A stretch of 64,000 nt of DNA from Balanoglossus misakiensis (taxonomy: Eukaryota; Animalia; Hemichordata): the NCBI GenBank assembly GCA_040954595.2, contig CM082595.2, positions 4,614,137 through 4,678,136 on the forward strand. Reading direction: 5' to 3'. Shown in pieces: positions 10,701 through 22,653 of this stretch. A program made the translations under genes and the position numbers. Numbering within the stretch: position 1 is the first letter of the stretch; each line of letters starts with the position of its first letter. Under the pieces are notes generated by a model. It was not told the origin of the DNA and did no database searches. It worked only from the letters and a program-made list of their open reading frames with translations.

Positions 10701-13700
10701 GTTGTGCGTGATATTTTGCTCGTTTCGGGCTCAGAGTCGGGACGTCATAGTTTTCGATTTCTCGTAGCCAAAGCAGAGAACTTTCCTAACCGTGGACACC
10801 TTCTCTCGCAGGAGTGTGGGCGTAGCGCGTCGCTAATTGGATATGGTGGCATTTCTCATTTGCCCCTTGATCGCTCGGCACGGCGGCGCATTCCAACTGA
10901 TCGATTTAGGAGATTCCGTGTGCAATTAATTCGATCGATTGTTCATCTCGAGCCCCCGTGGCAAGACAGGTTTCATGTCTGATCATGACTTCTTGTTGAC
11001 TTTTGTCTCACTTCGGAGAGCGTCGCGGCGATTTGTAAGCGTGTTTACGTCATGTTGTGACTGTTACCAATGGGACCCAGCCTGGCCGAGATAACAAAAC
11101 GCGATTCTGTTGTCGCGATAACAATAAGTTATAAATGGGAGAAATAACGCGCGATAATAAATTGGCATGACTAGGCAAGTTTGCGCGAGATTGAACTCAT
11201 AAATTGTGAAATTTCCGGCGTTTTTCCGTCGGTAACACAAGTGTGGTTTGAAGCATACATTGGACGCTACAGTGCGTTGGCCGTTGCCTCGCACGGGCGT
11301 TATCAGTGGCGGCGCATCGGCACCCCGCGCTCTCCCTCCCGCAAAGAATATTTCAACCGTACCGTGGTTGCTATCACATTTGAGCTTAGTGGCGTGGACA
11401 CGCGACTCGCCTCGTGCGCCAGACAAGAAAAAAAGCCAGCTGTAAGCTTTTACAAAAAGTATTGCCATGTACGTCGCTTTCTCGTGTCGATCCATTTCAG
11501 ATGTGTTCGGTGATCGCCGAGCAAGTTCATACGGACACGATGCGTTTTCTGACACACCCGATCGTGGCGTGGCTTGCCCTATTCACACGGAGTGATTTCC
11601 CGACACTACACCTGCATCGAGAAATCTAATAGGGACGCACCTGGGCGCGTGTTCTGATGAATCATCCCGGCCCTTGTCGGTGTGGTTTGATTTTTCCCTA
11701 ATGGGGCTATTTTCGAACGCCATTAGAGACAGTCGCGCGCTTCAAAGGAAACAATGATTCTCAATGGCCGGATGACAATCGGTGGCCATTGTTCGTGCTG
11801 TTTTAACAATGCATTGTTATCGGCAGTAAATGATTATGGTGATTTGGTCTCGTGAGGGACATATCTCCGGAATATGTTTTCAATATCCCGTCAAATCGAA
11901 GCCCCCAAACAGTAAAATTACCGTTGAAAGTGATCAAGACGGTGAATTTTCCGCTGAACAAGGCCACGTTTGGGCTTATCGGTGACTCTTATCCCCCTCG
12001 CCTTGAAATTATCCGCGGGGGAAGATTCACTCTAATCAGGTTGGACACGCTCATCACGGGTTGGGGTTTGGGGGAACCCGTTAATTGGGCAAGGAAAAAT
12101 CTGCCGACTCCCCGGCCCAGCCGCCTTACTGTGCAAAAATGTGATACCGTGTATCGGATTGCGTGGGAACGTACGTATCGCATTACGCTTTGTTTGTATT
12201 GCGGGGCGTTCGCGTGCTCGGCGCTTGGCCGTCCTCCCAGCCACACGAGTCAGTCTGGGAGCCAGTCACACACGCGCCACCGGCGTTGTGCCCCTGTCGC
12301 GGCGTAATCTCGGGCAGCTCGCTACTTTTCTCACCCACCCAAGCTATTTCGCGCCGCGGTGTCGAAATTCCCACGCCGAGTCAAAACACTGATTAAAGCG
12401 CCGATGCGGTATGGGAATTCAGAATAAACAGAAAACACGCCTTCACAAAGCGACGCCACCTCGATTCTGGCGCGGACTTCGCGCGTGGCGTGTGGTATGA
12501 ACCGGCACGTCCGCCACTGGCAAACAAAAACTGACGTTATGTCGATAAAAGAGCTTTCGCTATCGAAACTTCGACCAACAACTGTCAAAACGGTGCGTTG
12601 CGGTCGCCGAAATTAATATTCCATGAGTGTCTGCATCAGCTGTTTTCGGGGTGTCGAGTAATAAATTTTGACTTCCCAAGCCCCCGGATGTGGTAATCTG
12701 TGCCGGGGATGTAATCGGGCCGACAGCAATGATCTGGGGGTCACCCAGATAGCATGAACAATCTTCCGGTCAAGAGGATTTGACTCGCCCATTACCGAAT
12801 CTCGATATTTGGTTTTCCCACGGTATCGCGCCCTTCTTAATCATCATGAACATTTTTATGGGCCACGCGGGGAATAGTTTTTGTTTACGGGCACGGAATG
12901 CGGCCGGAATACAACACGGCTTTGCGCGTCCGCGCTGCATATTCACCCAAGTGGTCTGAACATTTTTTTATTCAAAACTAGGGATTTTTCACTTGTGCTT
13001 GTGCATCGAATTGGCTAAAATCCAACAGACGCTGTTTCAGGTTTCAGGCCGATAAAAAAATAACAATTTCACAGCAGAATAACAACAGCGTGTCCGGGCG
13101 ATCGGCAAACGGGCAGTTTGCTACCGGGCGCCAATCTGAAGTCGCCCCATTCTGAGAAAAAAAGTTTAGTGTCTCATTGCATGCGATGCGCGATATATTC
13201 TGAGTGAATTTCAACCGGAAGATTTTAAAAATTGCTAACCCCAACCAACGGACATTTGTACCGCACGTAGGCTATACCCTCGGAACAAACCGCGAAGCTG
13301 GCGCGCCCCTAGCAACACTCGCGGCGCGGTTCAAATCGGCACCGAAGTGGCCATTGCATGCTGATCCTGTAACCCACCCCGAAATGCCTGTCGACATGAC
13401 AGCAAGAAGCGAGCGTTAAAAACACGTTTAATAGCCACCATGCTAACATGTACGTTTCAAACGCAGCCATGTCAATTCCAATATCACGCAATGCAACGCA
13501 CACCCATTTGCAATGGACAACTACCACGTCCGCTGAAATAAACATCATAACACACCCTATCGAAAGCACACGGTTGGTTTAACAGACTGTAAGCATTCAC
13601 ATAACATTTAATTCGCGTAAATTCAATCAGGTTCTAACTTACACTGCACGAAAACCAGCAATGTTGAATATTCGATGCATTTTTTTCCTTCGCAGGTTAT

Positions 13701-14785
13701 TAAATATCAGACCTGTATTGACCTTTAGTCCCTCGCGTTGCCCACACAGTAGACTATGTGAATTGAGCCAGCGCACAGTCTCTGATATAGGGTGTGGGAA
13801 AACTGAAATCCCAAGTGGTCTTTGCATCGTTCTCTGTATTTCACCCTCCCTTGGCGTTTGGGTCCTCGGGTGACATGTTATTCAACTCGGTTTCGCTTCG
13901 AGTGCGTCGGAATACGGGTGGGAAAATTCCTGCGAAGGCCGCGCCAGATTAAATCTATTGAGCGAATGGACCAAAAAAAAATCCAGAGACTTTTTTTGGA
14001 AAAATAGCTGAGAAAGTGTTCTCTTTATGCAGTGAACAATCTTTGTCAAGTGTGTATTTTAACCGGATGCACACACACACACCCGCCGACGGTTCAGACT
14101 ACGTGCCGCAAGTGTCAACACAGAGCAACAAGTTCGCTTAGCGCTTTTCCATCACTGGGCATGCGCCGACCGATGAACCCATATACCGTCGCACGTGAAT
14201 CTGTGTAAATTTGAAACCTGTAGCCTCGTGAGAAACTGATTCTTTTTCCCCCTATCGGCGCGTCAGAAGTAATGGCGAATTTAATCATAAGCTCGTGTGT
14301 CTCGGTTGTACGTTTGGAAGGGTGGTCAAATTTATTGGCGGGGAGGCGTTTCAGTCGCGTGACGGGTGTGTACGTGCAAAGAACCCCCCGCTGTCAGTCA
14401 CGGGTGATTGTGTGTGCGTTGTCATATAGAAAAGTCTTTTCTACAGTCTATGTGTTATACAGTAGCTTGAAGGGCCCGTGTTATTGGGCAACGGCAAATG
14501 GCAAGATGAAGCTTGGAATGTCGCTGTACCGAAGTGACTTAGAACCAGTAATAAAGTAAGGGGATATGAAACCACGTACAACTTTCAAAATCGACATTTT
14601 ACCCGTCCGCCCACGACAAAACGGGGAGGGGGGCAGGGGAGGGGGGGGGACAATATGTCCCTATAATGCACCATAGAATCATTGGCTATTGAACAATGTA
14701 ATAAGCTGCTTTGAATGCGATTTCTCCCAGGGCTGTGAGAAGAGTGGTTGGTTTTCTCACCTGTGCACACCTCTAAAATAACGGG

Positions 14786-14798
14786 AGGTCAAAGGTCA
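14786..14798 (+). promoter_or_regulatory. Perfect DR1 nuclear-receptor element
   Basis: AGGTCA-A-AGGTCA (RXR/COUP-TF/HNF4 type). Function not shown. Confidence 0.45.
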
Positions 14799-17014
14799 CC
14801 TTTCTTGCAGCGATGTCACCCCGGCCTCAGGTAGAGTCTAAATTTTGGCATCGGTTTTTACGGGGAACCGTGCTCAAACTGGTAGAGCTATTATCTCTCA
14901 TGAAATTGGCCGAAGTTCTCACTGACTGAAGTCGAGTGGGTGCATTTGCATGCATTGACAGTTGTGGCAAGAATGACACCAGACGTCATCTTTACTTCGG
15001 CCCACAACTTGCATAGAAGGGATGATGATAGACTGACTCCGCCGTGCTTGCCCGACAACGACAGTACACATTTTCGTGTGTGTCGCGGGTGGACGACTGA
15101 TAAGTCTGTATGACTTGATTTGATAATGTACATAATGTCTTCCTTTGTTTTCCTGTGTTTGTTTGTTTGTTTGTTTGTTTGATTATTTGTTTGTCTGGGG
15201 TGGGGCGGGTGGGGTTCCAGGGGTGTGGTTTAATACATGCCTTGCAGCAGAACACAGACATGACTGCATGTAGCGCACATAAAAAAAACACTGTGGACAC
15301 CGTAGGCTAACCACTTTCTCCGCTCACTCAACGGCAACTCCCTCCGGCGATCTCACAGTGTCAGGTTCAGACATATAACGAGGAAAACTTGCACTGGTTC
15401 CGCCTTGGGACAGTCACGGTCAACTCTCAGTGAAATTTCTGCGAAATGCTTTCCTCTTTGTCTGCGGTCCTATAGCGGGTTCTCAATTAATGACCGTGTC
15501 GGGTAAGCGCACTGCCACGGGCAATGCGTTCAAAAATCCACTTTAAAGTCTTGTGGTAAAATTGCCTTGAGACAAGGGAAGTAAGGGCCGCGTTCTGCAA
15601 TGAGAAAAATAATTATTCAGAGGAGAAAGTGACCAATATGTCATGATTAGGGACATTATTTACTCCCCAGCCAGCCAAGACAAGTTTTGTCGTATTTTAC
15701 ATCGATGACAGAACGTGAGGATGAGGAGGGATGGTGGTGCGCTTGAGAGAGGCGCACAGAAGACGCGCGACGCCTGGATTTCTCTGTATAGCCTATAGAT
15801 ACGCTAATTGGAATTCCGACGCATAAGGTGAACCTCCTCCGCGCGAACCGTGAGAAAAAGTCGACCACAGCAAACAGCCAGGGATAAAATAAATATCTAC
15901 GCCACAGAAAGGCTTTGTGTCCGCGCGCTCTTGAGGCTGGGCTACTAGGAGAAGTCACAGGTGGGACATACTTCAAGGCGGCTTTAGTATTGTGCAACCA
16001 CATCTCAAGGTAGCCTTTTTGAGCAAACACAAATTGGTGGACTGGGTCTGCGGTCTGGTAGTAGTTCTCCTGCTCGGGGTCCTTTCTTTCGGAGGGAGTT
16101 AGCTCCAGGGTGACGATCTTTGTGTGTCCGGGTGTTTGTTCGGCGGGATAACTTTTGATTTGGGCGCAGATTCTATTGATTGGGAATCCACTTTCTATAT
16201 AGGCGCTATTATGTGGAATTTAAATGCCCGGTTTTGCACGGTGATGTGCAGTTTGATTTTATATCGGAGGAGGCAGCAATAATTCGGCGTCGGACTTTAT
16301 TGGTTGTTGCAGTCACCAGTAGCTGCGTGTGGTTTGAGTCGAATGCTTGCTAACAAATGGAAGACTTGAGTATGCTCTCCTATAACTCGCGAATCGCAAT
16401 GCAAAGAGGGAAAACTTTTTTTGGTAATATTTTTCATCTGTCGTTGTCAGAAATAAATTAAAAAAAAATCCCCGAAAAATTCATCGCGCATTTCTGTCTG
16501 ACGCAGAAATCCAAATACCTCTTACTTTCTGTGCACAGAAGCGACAAAAGAGAGTATTATTATTTTTCCAACACAGCGAAAATTTCCACGTCTGTGTTGC
16601 AGTGGGCGGCACACGCGGACGGCGGCGTACGCCTTTCTGCCATGGCTCGGACTCAACGTGGCGTGCAACTGATTCTCTTGTCACGGCTTAGTGGTGATGG
16701 ACACGAAACACACGGTAGCGGGAGGTGGTTTCGCGGAGTGTGCGACAGCGACGGCGATGATAGGTGGGTGAACGGTAGTAGATGCTCCCACGTTTCTCGG
16801 ATTCGTGTGCGTGTGTCTTTGCATGCTTTGCGAGGGCGGACTCCATTTACTCTGTTCCGGCGATTGACAGGCAGGGACATACACTAAGAAAGTAATTGGA
16901 TATGTGCGATCATTGACAGTCTGTGATGCAATAGAAATTGATGCATAGACATGCTACTATACATACATACATGTACATACGTACACGCATATACATGCAT
17001 GCATACATACATTT

Positions 17015-17371
17015 TTGCAGACGGTGCTTTTTGCGGACTTTTTGTTTTACTTTTTGCGGATATTTTTTTTTACCCTTAAAGGCACGCTCTTGCAGACGGT
17101 GCTTTTTGCGGACAATTTTTGACTTTTTGCGGACATTTTTTGACCCTCAAAAGCACGCTCTTGCAGACGGTGCTTTTTGCGGACATTTTTTGACCCTCAA
17201 AAGCACGCTCTTGCAGACGGTGCTTTTTGCGGACATTTTTTGACCCTCAAAAGCACGCTCTTGCAGACGGTGCTTTTTGCGGACATTTTTTGACCCTCAA
17301 AAGCACGCTCTTGCAGACGTTGCTTTTTGCGGACATTTTTTGACCCTCAAAAGCACGCTCTTGCAGACGGT
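17015..17371. repeat. 50-bp minisatellite
   Basis: Unit TTGCAGACGGTGCTTTTTGCGGACATTTTTTGACCCTCAAAAGCACGCTC. About four near-perfect copies from 17161 and two longer, diverged copies upstream. Confidence 0.95.
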
Positions 17372-17849
17372 GGGGTAGGTATGCAATGTGAGAGTGCCTG
17401 TCCTGGGCGCGTGACAGTGTCATAAATAATGATGCAATGATGAATTACAAACAAAAACCTATCGCCTTGCCACCTTCGCTATCAGCTCTTTTATTTATTG
17501 CACTTGCAATTGCTTTTTCGTCAATAAATTGTCTGGAGGACTTGTTTGAATGACTTCATAAGTCGTTCTATTTTTCGCCCAAATCAATAGGTGTATGACA
17601 CGCGACGTGTATCGCAGGCCATGCCATAGGCCTAATTCAAGAGACTTGTTAGTAAAATGAACACCTACAACTCTAGCTCCGTCGACCAGACTTGAAGCCA
17701 AAGAAAGTTATCGCGATCGAAAATAACAGCATTCCCTTTTTCGCTTTGTGGTAGCCGCCTATCAGATCTTGGAGATAATCATATCACCTGTGTATTGTCA
17801 CCTGCTGATTGTCAAGGCGCAGTATAAGGCGCTCGGAGGAATCAACAAC

Positions 17850-17874
17850 GCGTGCGCGCTTGCATTATGGGTAA
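17850..17874. promoter_or_regulatory. ZNF143/Staf-like site next to an NRF1-like GC motif
   Basis: TGCATTATGGGTAA (reverse complement TTACCCATAATGCA) at 17861-17874, preceded by GCGTGCGCGC. Confidence 0.45.
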
Positions 17875-18688
17875 TATGAGACAAGAAAGCGTGTACATTT
17901 TTCACTTTTTTTCGGCGTCAAAGATCAGAGGTTATCGGCCACCATTCGCAAATCGGTCGATTCGCATGTGTGATAAACACTGTTGATTTCTGTTATTGAA
18001 GTCGAGAATTGAGGTCGCGATTTCGCCAATATATGCACCAAACAAAAGTCTGTACACGAAGCCCACATTTTCGACACCTGCAGTTAAAAAAATACTAAAT
18101 TCACAGACGATTAAAGTATAGGAAGTATTCCATTTGTCTAATATTCTCTTGCTGTTTCATTTGCTTCTCTGAGTGATTTGCGACACTTTTGTCGCAAGCG
18201 TTATCAGGATAACCGAAATCCACCCACCTGAGACAGCTTTCAGGTAAGCAGGGAAATAAATGCACATGTAGTACGTAGTGGTTTTCTCTAGAGAACGAGG
18301 ATGTCGGGGGGGAGGTTGGTTTGTAGCTATAGCGACAGGTGATGTACCTAAACCCGTTCACTATACTGGAGTATGACAGACACGCTGTCACAGTGTTGTA
18401 CAATCACAGACAGACGTCTATGGTTTTTATCTATCTTTTGTGTAGATCTGTATCATGTTTGTGAGTGTGCTTTGCAGGTGGGTGGGTGAGTGGGCGGACG
18501 GGTGAAAGTGGGCCTTGTTCAACTTTCTAAATGAGCAGTACAACTATGGTGTCCGCTCTAAATGTCTTCTCTCCAGGTTTCTTATGAGTCATTTACCCAT
18601 AAAGAATATACATCATCCAAAAGCTGATTTTCGTTTCGAAATGATCGACATTGTAACTGAATTGCTACGGCATGGACTGGCTTTAGTA

Positions 18689-18860
18689 TAGACTCTGTCA
18701 CAGCCCACGGTTCGCTACAAGGCTCTTCACTGACACGCCCTCAACTGTTTAGCAAAGGAGAAGCCCCATATGGTGTTGTGTAGCGAACCTTCTCGCCGGG
18801 CACACATACAATCAGACCATAAGCCTGCATGGACGACGAGAGGGGCTGTGAGAGAGTCTA
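18689..18860. mobile_element. 172-bp MITE, TAG..CTA termini, perfect 9-bp TSD
   Basis: TIRs TAGACTCTGTCACAGCCC / GGGCTGTGAGAGAGTCTA. GCTTTAGTA on both sides (18680-18688, 18861-18869). Internal inverted pair GGTTCGCTACA/TGTAGCGAACC. Confidence 0.9.
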
Positions 18861-18905
18861 GCTTTAGTAGTGGGATAAACCCTGAAACAGATTTCTTGGG
18901 CAAGC

Positions 18906-18911
18906 TTTATT
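18906..18911 (-). terminator. Candidate Opa1 polyadenylation signal
   Basis: AATAAA on - about 800 nt past the Opa1 stop. Alternatives are ATTAAA at 19401-19406 and AATAAA at 17490-17499. Confidence 0.4.
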
Positions 18912-19715
18912 TCGCCGCCTTTTAACAAATTCTACACAACTCTGGCAGGGAAGAACAGGCAACAAGCACCTCAGCTCATTATAAAAGCGATCGCACACCG
19001 CAAAATGTCCGACACGACACACAGATACCAGAACTGGGTCATGTGACTTCCTGCCTGTCTAATGCCAGGGATTAGACAACCCCCACCCACACCAAATCGG
19101 TCATATTGTGGTATAGCTATTAAACAACGCTAATACTATATTACTAAATATACATACACATATTTCAAACAACAGGTTTGCTTTGCTCTGGCTTGAATTA
19201 ATTCGCCATAATTCAAAACCTAATGATACATTTGTGACACAGAAAGCTCTCAACACAGTCCCCCAGTGCCTCAACATATTTGGGAGTATATCAATTTATC
19301 TATCGCCAAAGATGGCAAACAAAAATCAAACTGTACACAAACAGAGACCAGTCTTCTGTTGGTCTCTGATATAAATTACAAAAACGTAATGAAAATGCAT
19401 TTTAATCTGATAAGTGATTTTGTGTAGGTTTTCTATGGGAGAGGTTTTTGATACCGTTTGCAGTTGCACAATGTGTCACCACGGAAACTGCGAGTGAGAC
19501 TCTTCTGGTCAATGGAAGATGCATAAATACAAACACACAAGAGATTCTGGTAAATTGTGAACTTCATCATCGATTCTTGGAATTTCTATTATATTTCAGA
19601 TCATACATGTCCTCCACAGTTGATGGGGGTCCTTCATCAGAAACGGTGAAATCTCCCGGCTGCTTCCAAGTGGAAACCAAAATAAGTTTTTTATAGAACT
19701 GCAAACACGGCCATC

Positions 19716-19780
19716 TCACTTCTCCTTGCTGAGTGCCTCGATGAATTCCTCTAATTTCTCCTGTACATGTCGCACTTTCT
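19716..19780 (-). CDS. OPA1: Last coding exon of dynamin-like mitochondrial inner-membrane fusion GTPase Opa1 (partial gene; upstream exons not found in window)
   Basis: Minus strand: acceptor ccatttctatttccttgcag, then AG AAA GTG CGA CAT GTA CAG GAG AAA TTA GAG GAA TTC ATC GAG GCA CTC AGC AAG GAG AAG TGA = (K)KVRHVQEKLEEFIEALSKEK*. This matches the human OPA1 C-terminus as I recall it ([21 protein letters not shown]), with the same length and a phase-1 intron in the first Lys codon. Confidence 0.92.
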
Positions 19781-19999
19781 CTGCAAGGAAATAGAAATGG
19801 TAGAACTTTAACTTCAGGACCTGAGAACACCAGTAGGTTGTCTGCTGTGAGGCATAGAGAGCTGATGTCTGTGCATCTGACAGACTGACATTTATGATGA
19901 TTGATGGTAGTCAAGTGGAAGACGACTGCAGTGTTGGGTGTGAGAGTGTGTGGTTTGTAGATGGCAGTGTTTTAAATGATGACAGTGCACATGCATACA

Positions 20000-20118
20000 C
20001 ATACATACATACATACATACATACATACATACATACATACATACATACATACATACATACATACATACATACATACATACATACATACATACATACATAC
20101 ATACATACATACATACAT

Positions 20119-20156
<38 letters not shown>
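20000..20156. repeat. Compound (ATAC)n(AGAC)n microsatellite
   Basis: Directly visible. Explains the YIHT/VCMY low-complexity ORFs. Confidence 0.97.
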
Positions 20157-22456
20157 CATGGAGGTGCGGTAGCAAGAATGCAACTTGTCAAAGCCTCTGT
20201 AAACTGAAAAAAGTATCAGTTCTTGTGGCAAATGGTAAATTAGGACCCTCCCTTGAAAAAATAAAGATCCAAACAAATGAAATATTCTCCTCAAATATGA
20301 AAGAAACTGGGGCTTTAATGGCAGCTAGCCCACCCAAGCTACAAACGGGCAGTTCACAGGATGAGACCTCTGTACCTCCCTCCCCTCTCGCTCATGTTCA
20401 GTGATGGATGTGTAAAGGTCTGCCTGAGGGGATGGTGATCATCTGGTGTGCTTTGCAGGTGGGGTTAAGAAGTCACTCGGGGCGATTGTGAGAGGGTGAA
20501 TTTGGTGAATATGGAGGAAAAAGGGACATTTAACACACCAGCTCCTCTCAAAGAAATCGCCACCAGGGAAGCTTGAAAAGATCTAAGAGGTGATAACAAG
20601 TGGCTGTCTTTTCAAAGTGGCTTCCGGCAAGCGGGGAAAAAAGGGTGGCACCAATTATCCGGGAAAAGCTGGCTGGGAAGTCGGGAAAAATAGCCGGCAG
20701 ACTTGCCAGCATTCTCCCGGACCGGTCATATAATCATCCGGAATTATCCCGCTCCACTTGGTTTGCATGGTGGCCTTTCATGTTCCCCTCTCGTGGCAGA
20801 CAATGGACCGGGAAGACTTGTGCGCAAGGGGCCAATCAACCTGTTCACTGATGAAGATAAAGAATGAGTTCTCTCATTTGTGGGAGGGGGGGGCAATCTT
20901 TGCAGGGTTTGTTTCAGTCCGGGATGATACTTTTTTGTCTCCCACTTTGTCATTGGTTCCTTACACTCATCCATTCCGGAGAGTGGGAGTGACCTGGAAC
21001 AATACCCGATTCCGTGAACACTTCCTGAAGCGATTCCAGCGGCATTATCCGCCAGCATTCCATGCCTACAGACAAATTCTGCCGCCCAGATTCACCCCTT
21101 GTTCGCCCATTACCCGGGCGTTCTGTCTTATTCTTGCTCCTCTCTTTGTGGCCCTACCTGTCCACATGCCAACAAACAACTCATTAAGCAATCAAGTATT
21201 CCCCCAACTCTGTCTGCAATGACCACTAGGCACTTCTCTGGCGAGACAACAGAGCGCAATTCTTGTGATTTTATTCAGTGAGATGATGACTGAATACACA
21301 GAAAGTAGCCATGCCTTTACACTTACAGTCATCCCTGTTATGTGGGGGAAATTTATATTCTATTTTCCTGTATTTTCTGGAATACTTCAGTTACGCAATA
21401 GTAAATGTGATTAAAAGTATTTACTCTTAAATAATTGGATGCTTTTCAAAACTGTTTACTGAAGAAACAGAGCCTGCAATGATCACTTATTAGAGGTCAT
21501 TAAAATAATAGATTCTGACACCCGCAACTTTGAAGGTGGTAGAGTTTATGAAAGTTTATCACCAGTGCTTGGGGGGGGGGGGGGTCAGCCATGGGACATT
21601 GTTTCAATTAAAATCAAGAAACATTCAATTAAGCAAATGTATAAAAAAAATTCAATAAAAATGAAAAGAAACATTGACTTTTATTTCAAAGAGACATTAA
21701 TTCTTCATGCTCTATCACCAATGTTTCCCTGACCTCTGCGGAAAAAGTCCAACAGCAAAAAATTGTTCTGTGGAGTGTAGAACTAATTTTATCAGCTGGT
21801 AATACTCTGAGGGAATGCATGCAAAACTTGTAAGTTTGTTAAACCTACTGACCCATTCAGACACTGTGCAACTTTATTTTCTCAAAGTTTATCGGCAAAA
21901 ACCGAACTCAGCTTTTTTGGTACATGCCTATCTAAACAAACAGTCTCCTGTCATGTTCCGCCTGTCTTCTCCACTCGACAGGTCAAAATAATAGGGAAAG
22001 ATTTTCCTCTTATAATAACAGTCCCGTTTGATGGAAAACAGCAAATTACAGAACTCAGTCAAATTATCAATTACTTCCTTTCCTGCTAACTATATCACTG
22101 CAACGACCAACCCTAAGAAAAAATAGAATCTCCCAAACTCACGTAGACTCTAAAACCCGCAATGGAGCAAACCAAGTTGCACGCAGGGGTGGGCAGGCTG
22201 TGGTACACGGGGACACCCCTGTGTGCTCTGAATCAATTTACCTCTGTCAATACCTTGTAATTTACACCGCTACCAGCTCGAATCAACCTCTATGACCTTC
22301 TTGTTCAAACTTTTCCCAGTCCATAAATCGTCTGCCCGGCACGGGACATGTGGCAAAGCAATCAGGGAAAATACTCCCTTGAATACTTCCAGCTTCTGGC
22401 CACCTTCTCGTCTCCCCCCCCCCTTTCCTCTTTGTGTGGCTGCCACCGGCAAAGTA

Positions 22457-22653
22457 CTGTAAAACACTTTATTTTCGCGAGCAATAAATTTCCGCGAAAT
22501 ATGCGAGAGCCAAACTAGCGTGAATATAAAAAGTCGCGTACATTTTTTTTAAGATAACGATGCAGTGAATGAGATAAGAGAACGCGAAAATTAATACAGT
22601 GGCCTCTCTCGATATCACGAAAATTTCAATCGCGAAAATAAAGTGTTTTACAG
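22457..22653 (+). mobile_element. MITE family A (about 200 bp, TA-flanked, probably Tc1/mariner superfamily), copy 1
   Basis: TIR CTGTAAAACACTTTATTTTCGCGA..TCGCGAAAATAAAGTGTTTTACAG, TA on both sides. Five full copies in window. Strand is relative orientation only. Confidence 0.92.

Noticed and set aside
14734-14761. Second Su(H) paired site
   Set aside because: Spacer is 12 nt rather than 15-17 and the second site is non-consensus.
17015-17371. CRISPR-like regular repeat
   Set aside because: Head-to-tail units with no unique spacers, eukaryotic context, no cas genes.
19567-19914. 115-aa minus-strand ORF overlapping the Opa1 exon
   Set aside because: Wrong frame; the Opa1 match lies in another frame bounded by a splice acceptor and TGA.
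19892-20404. Several ORFs with YIHT/VCMY repeats
   Set aside because: Products of the (ATAC)n(AGAC)n microsatellite.
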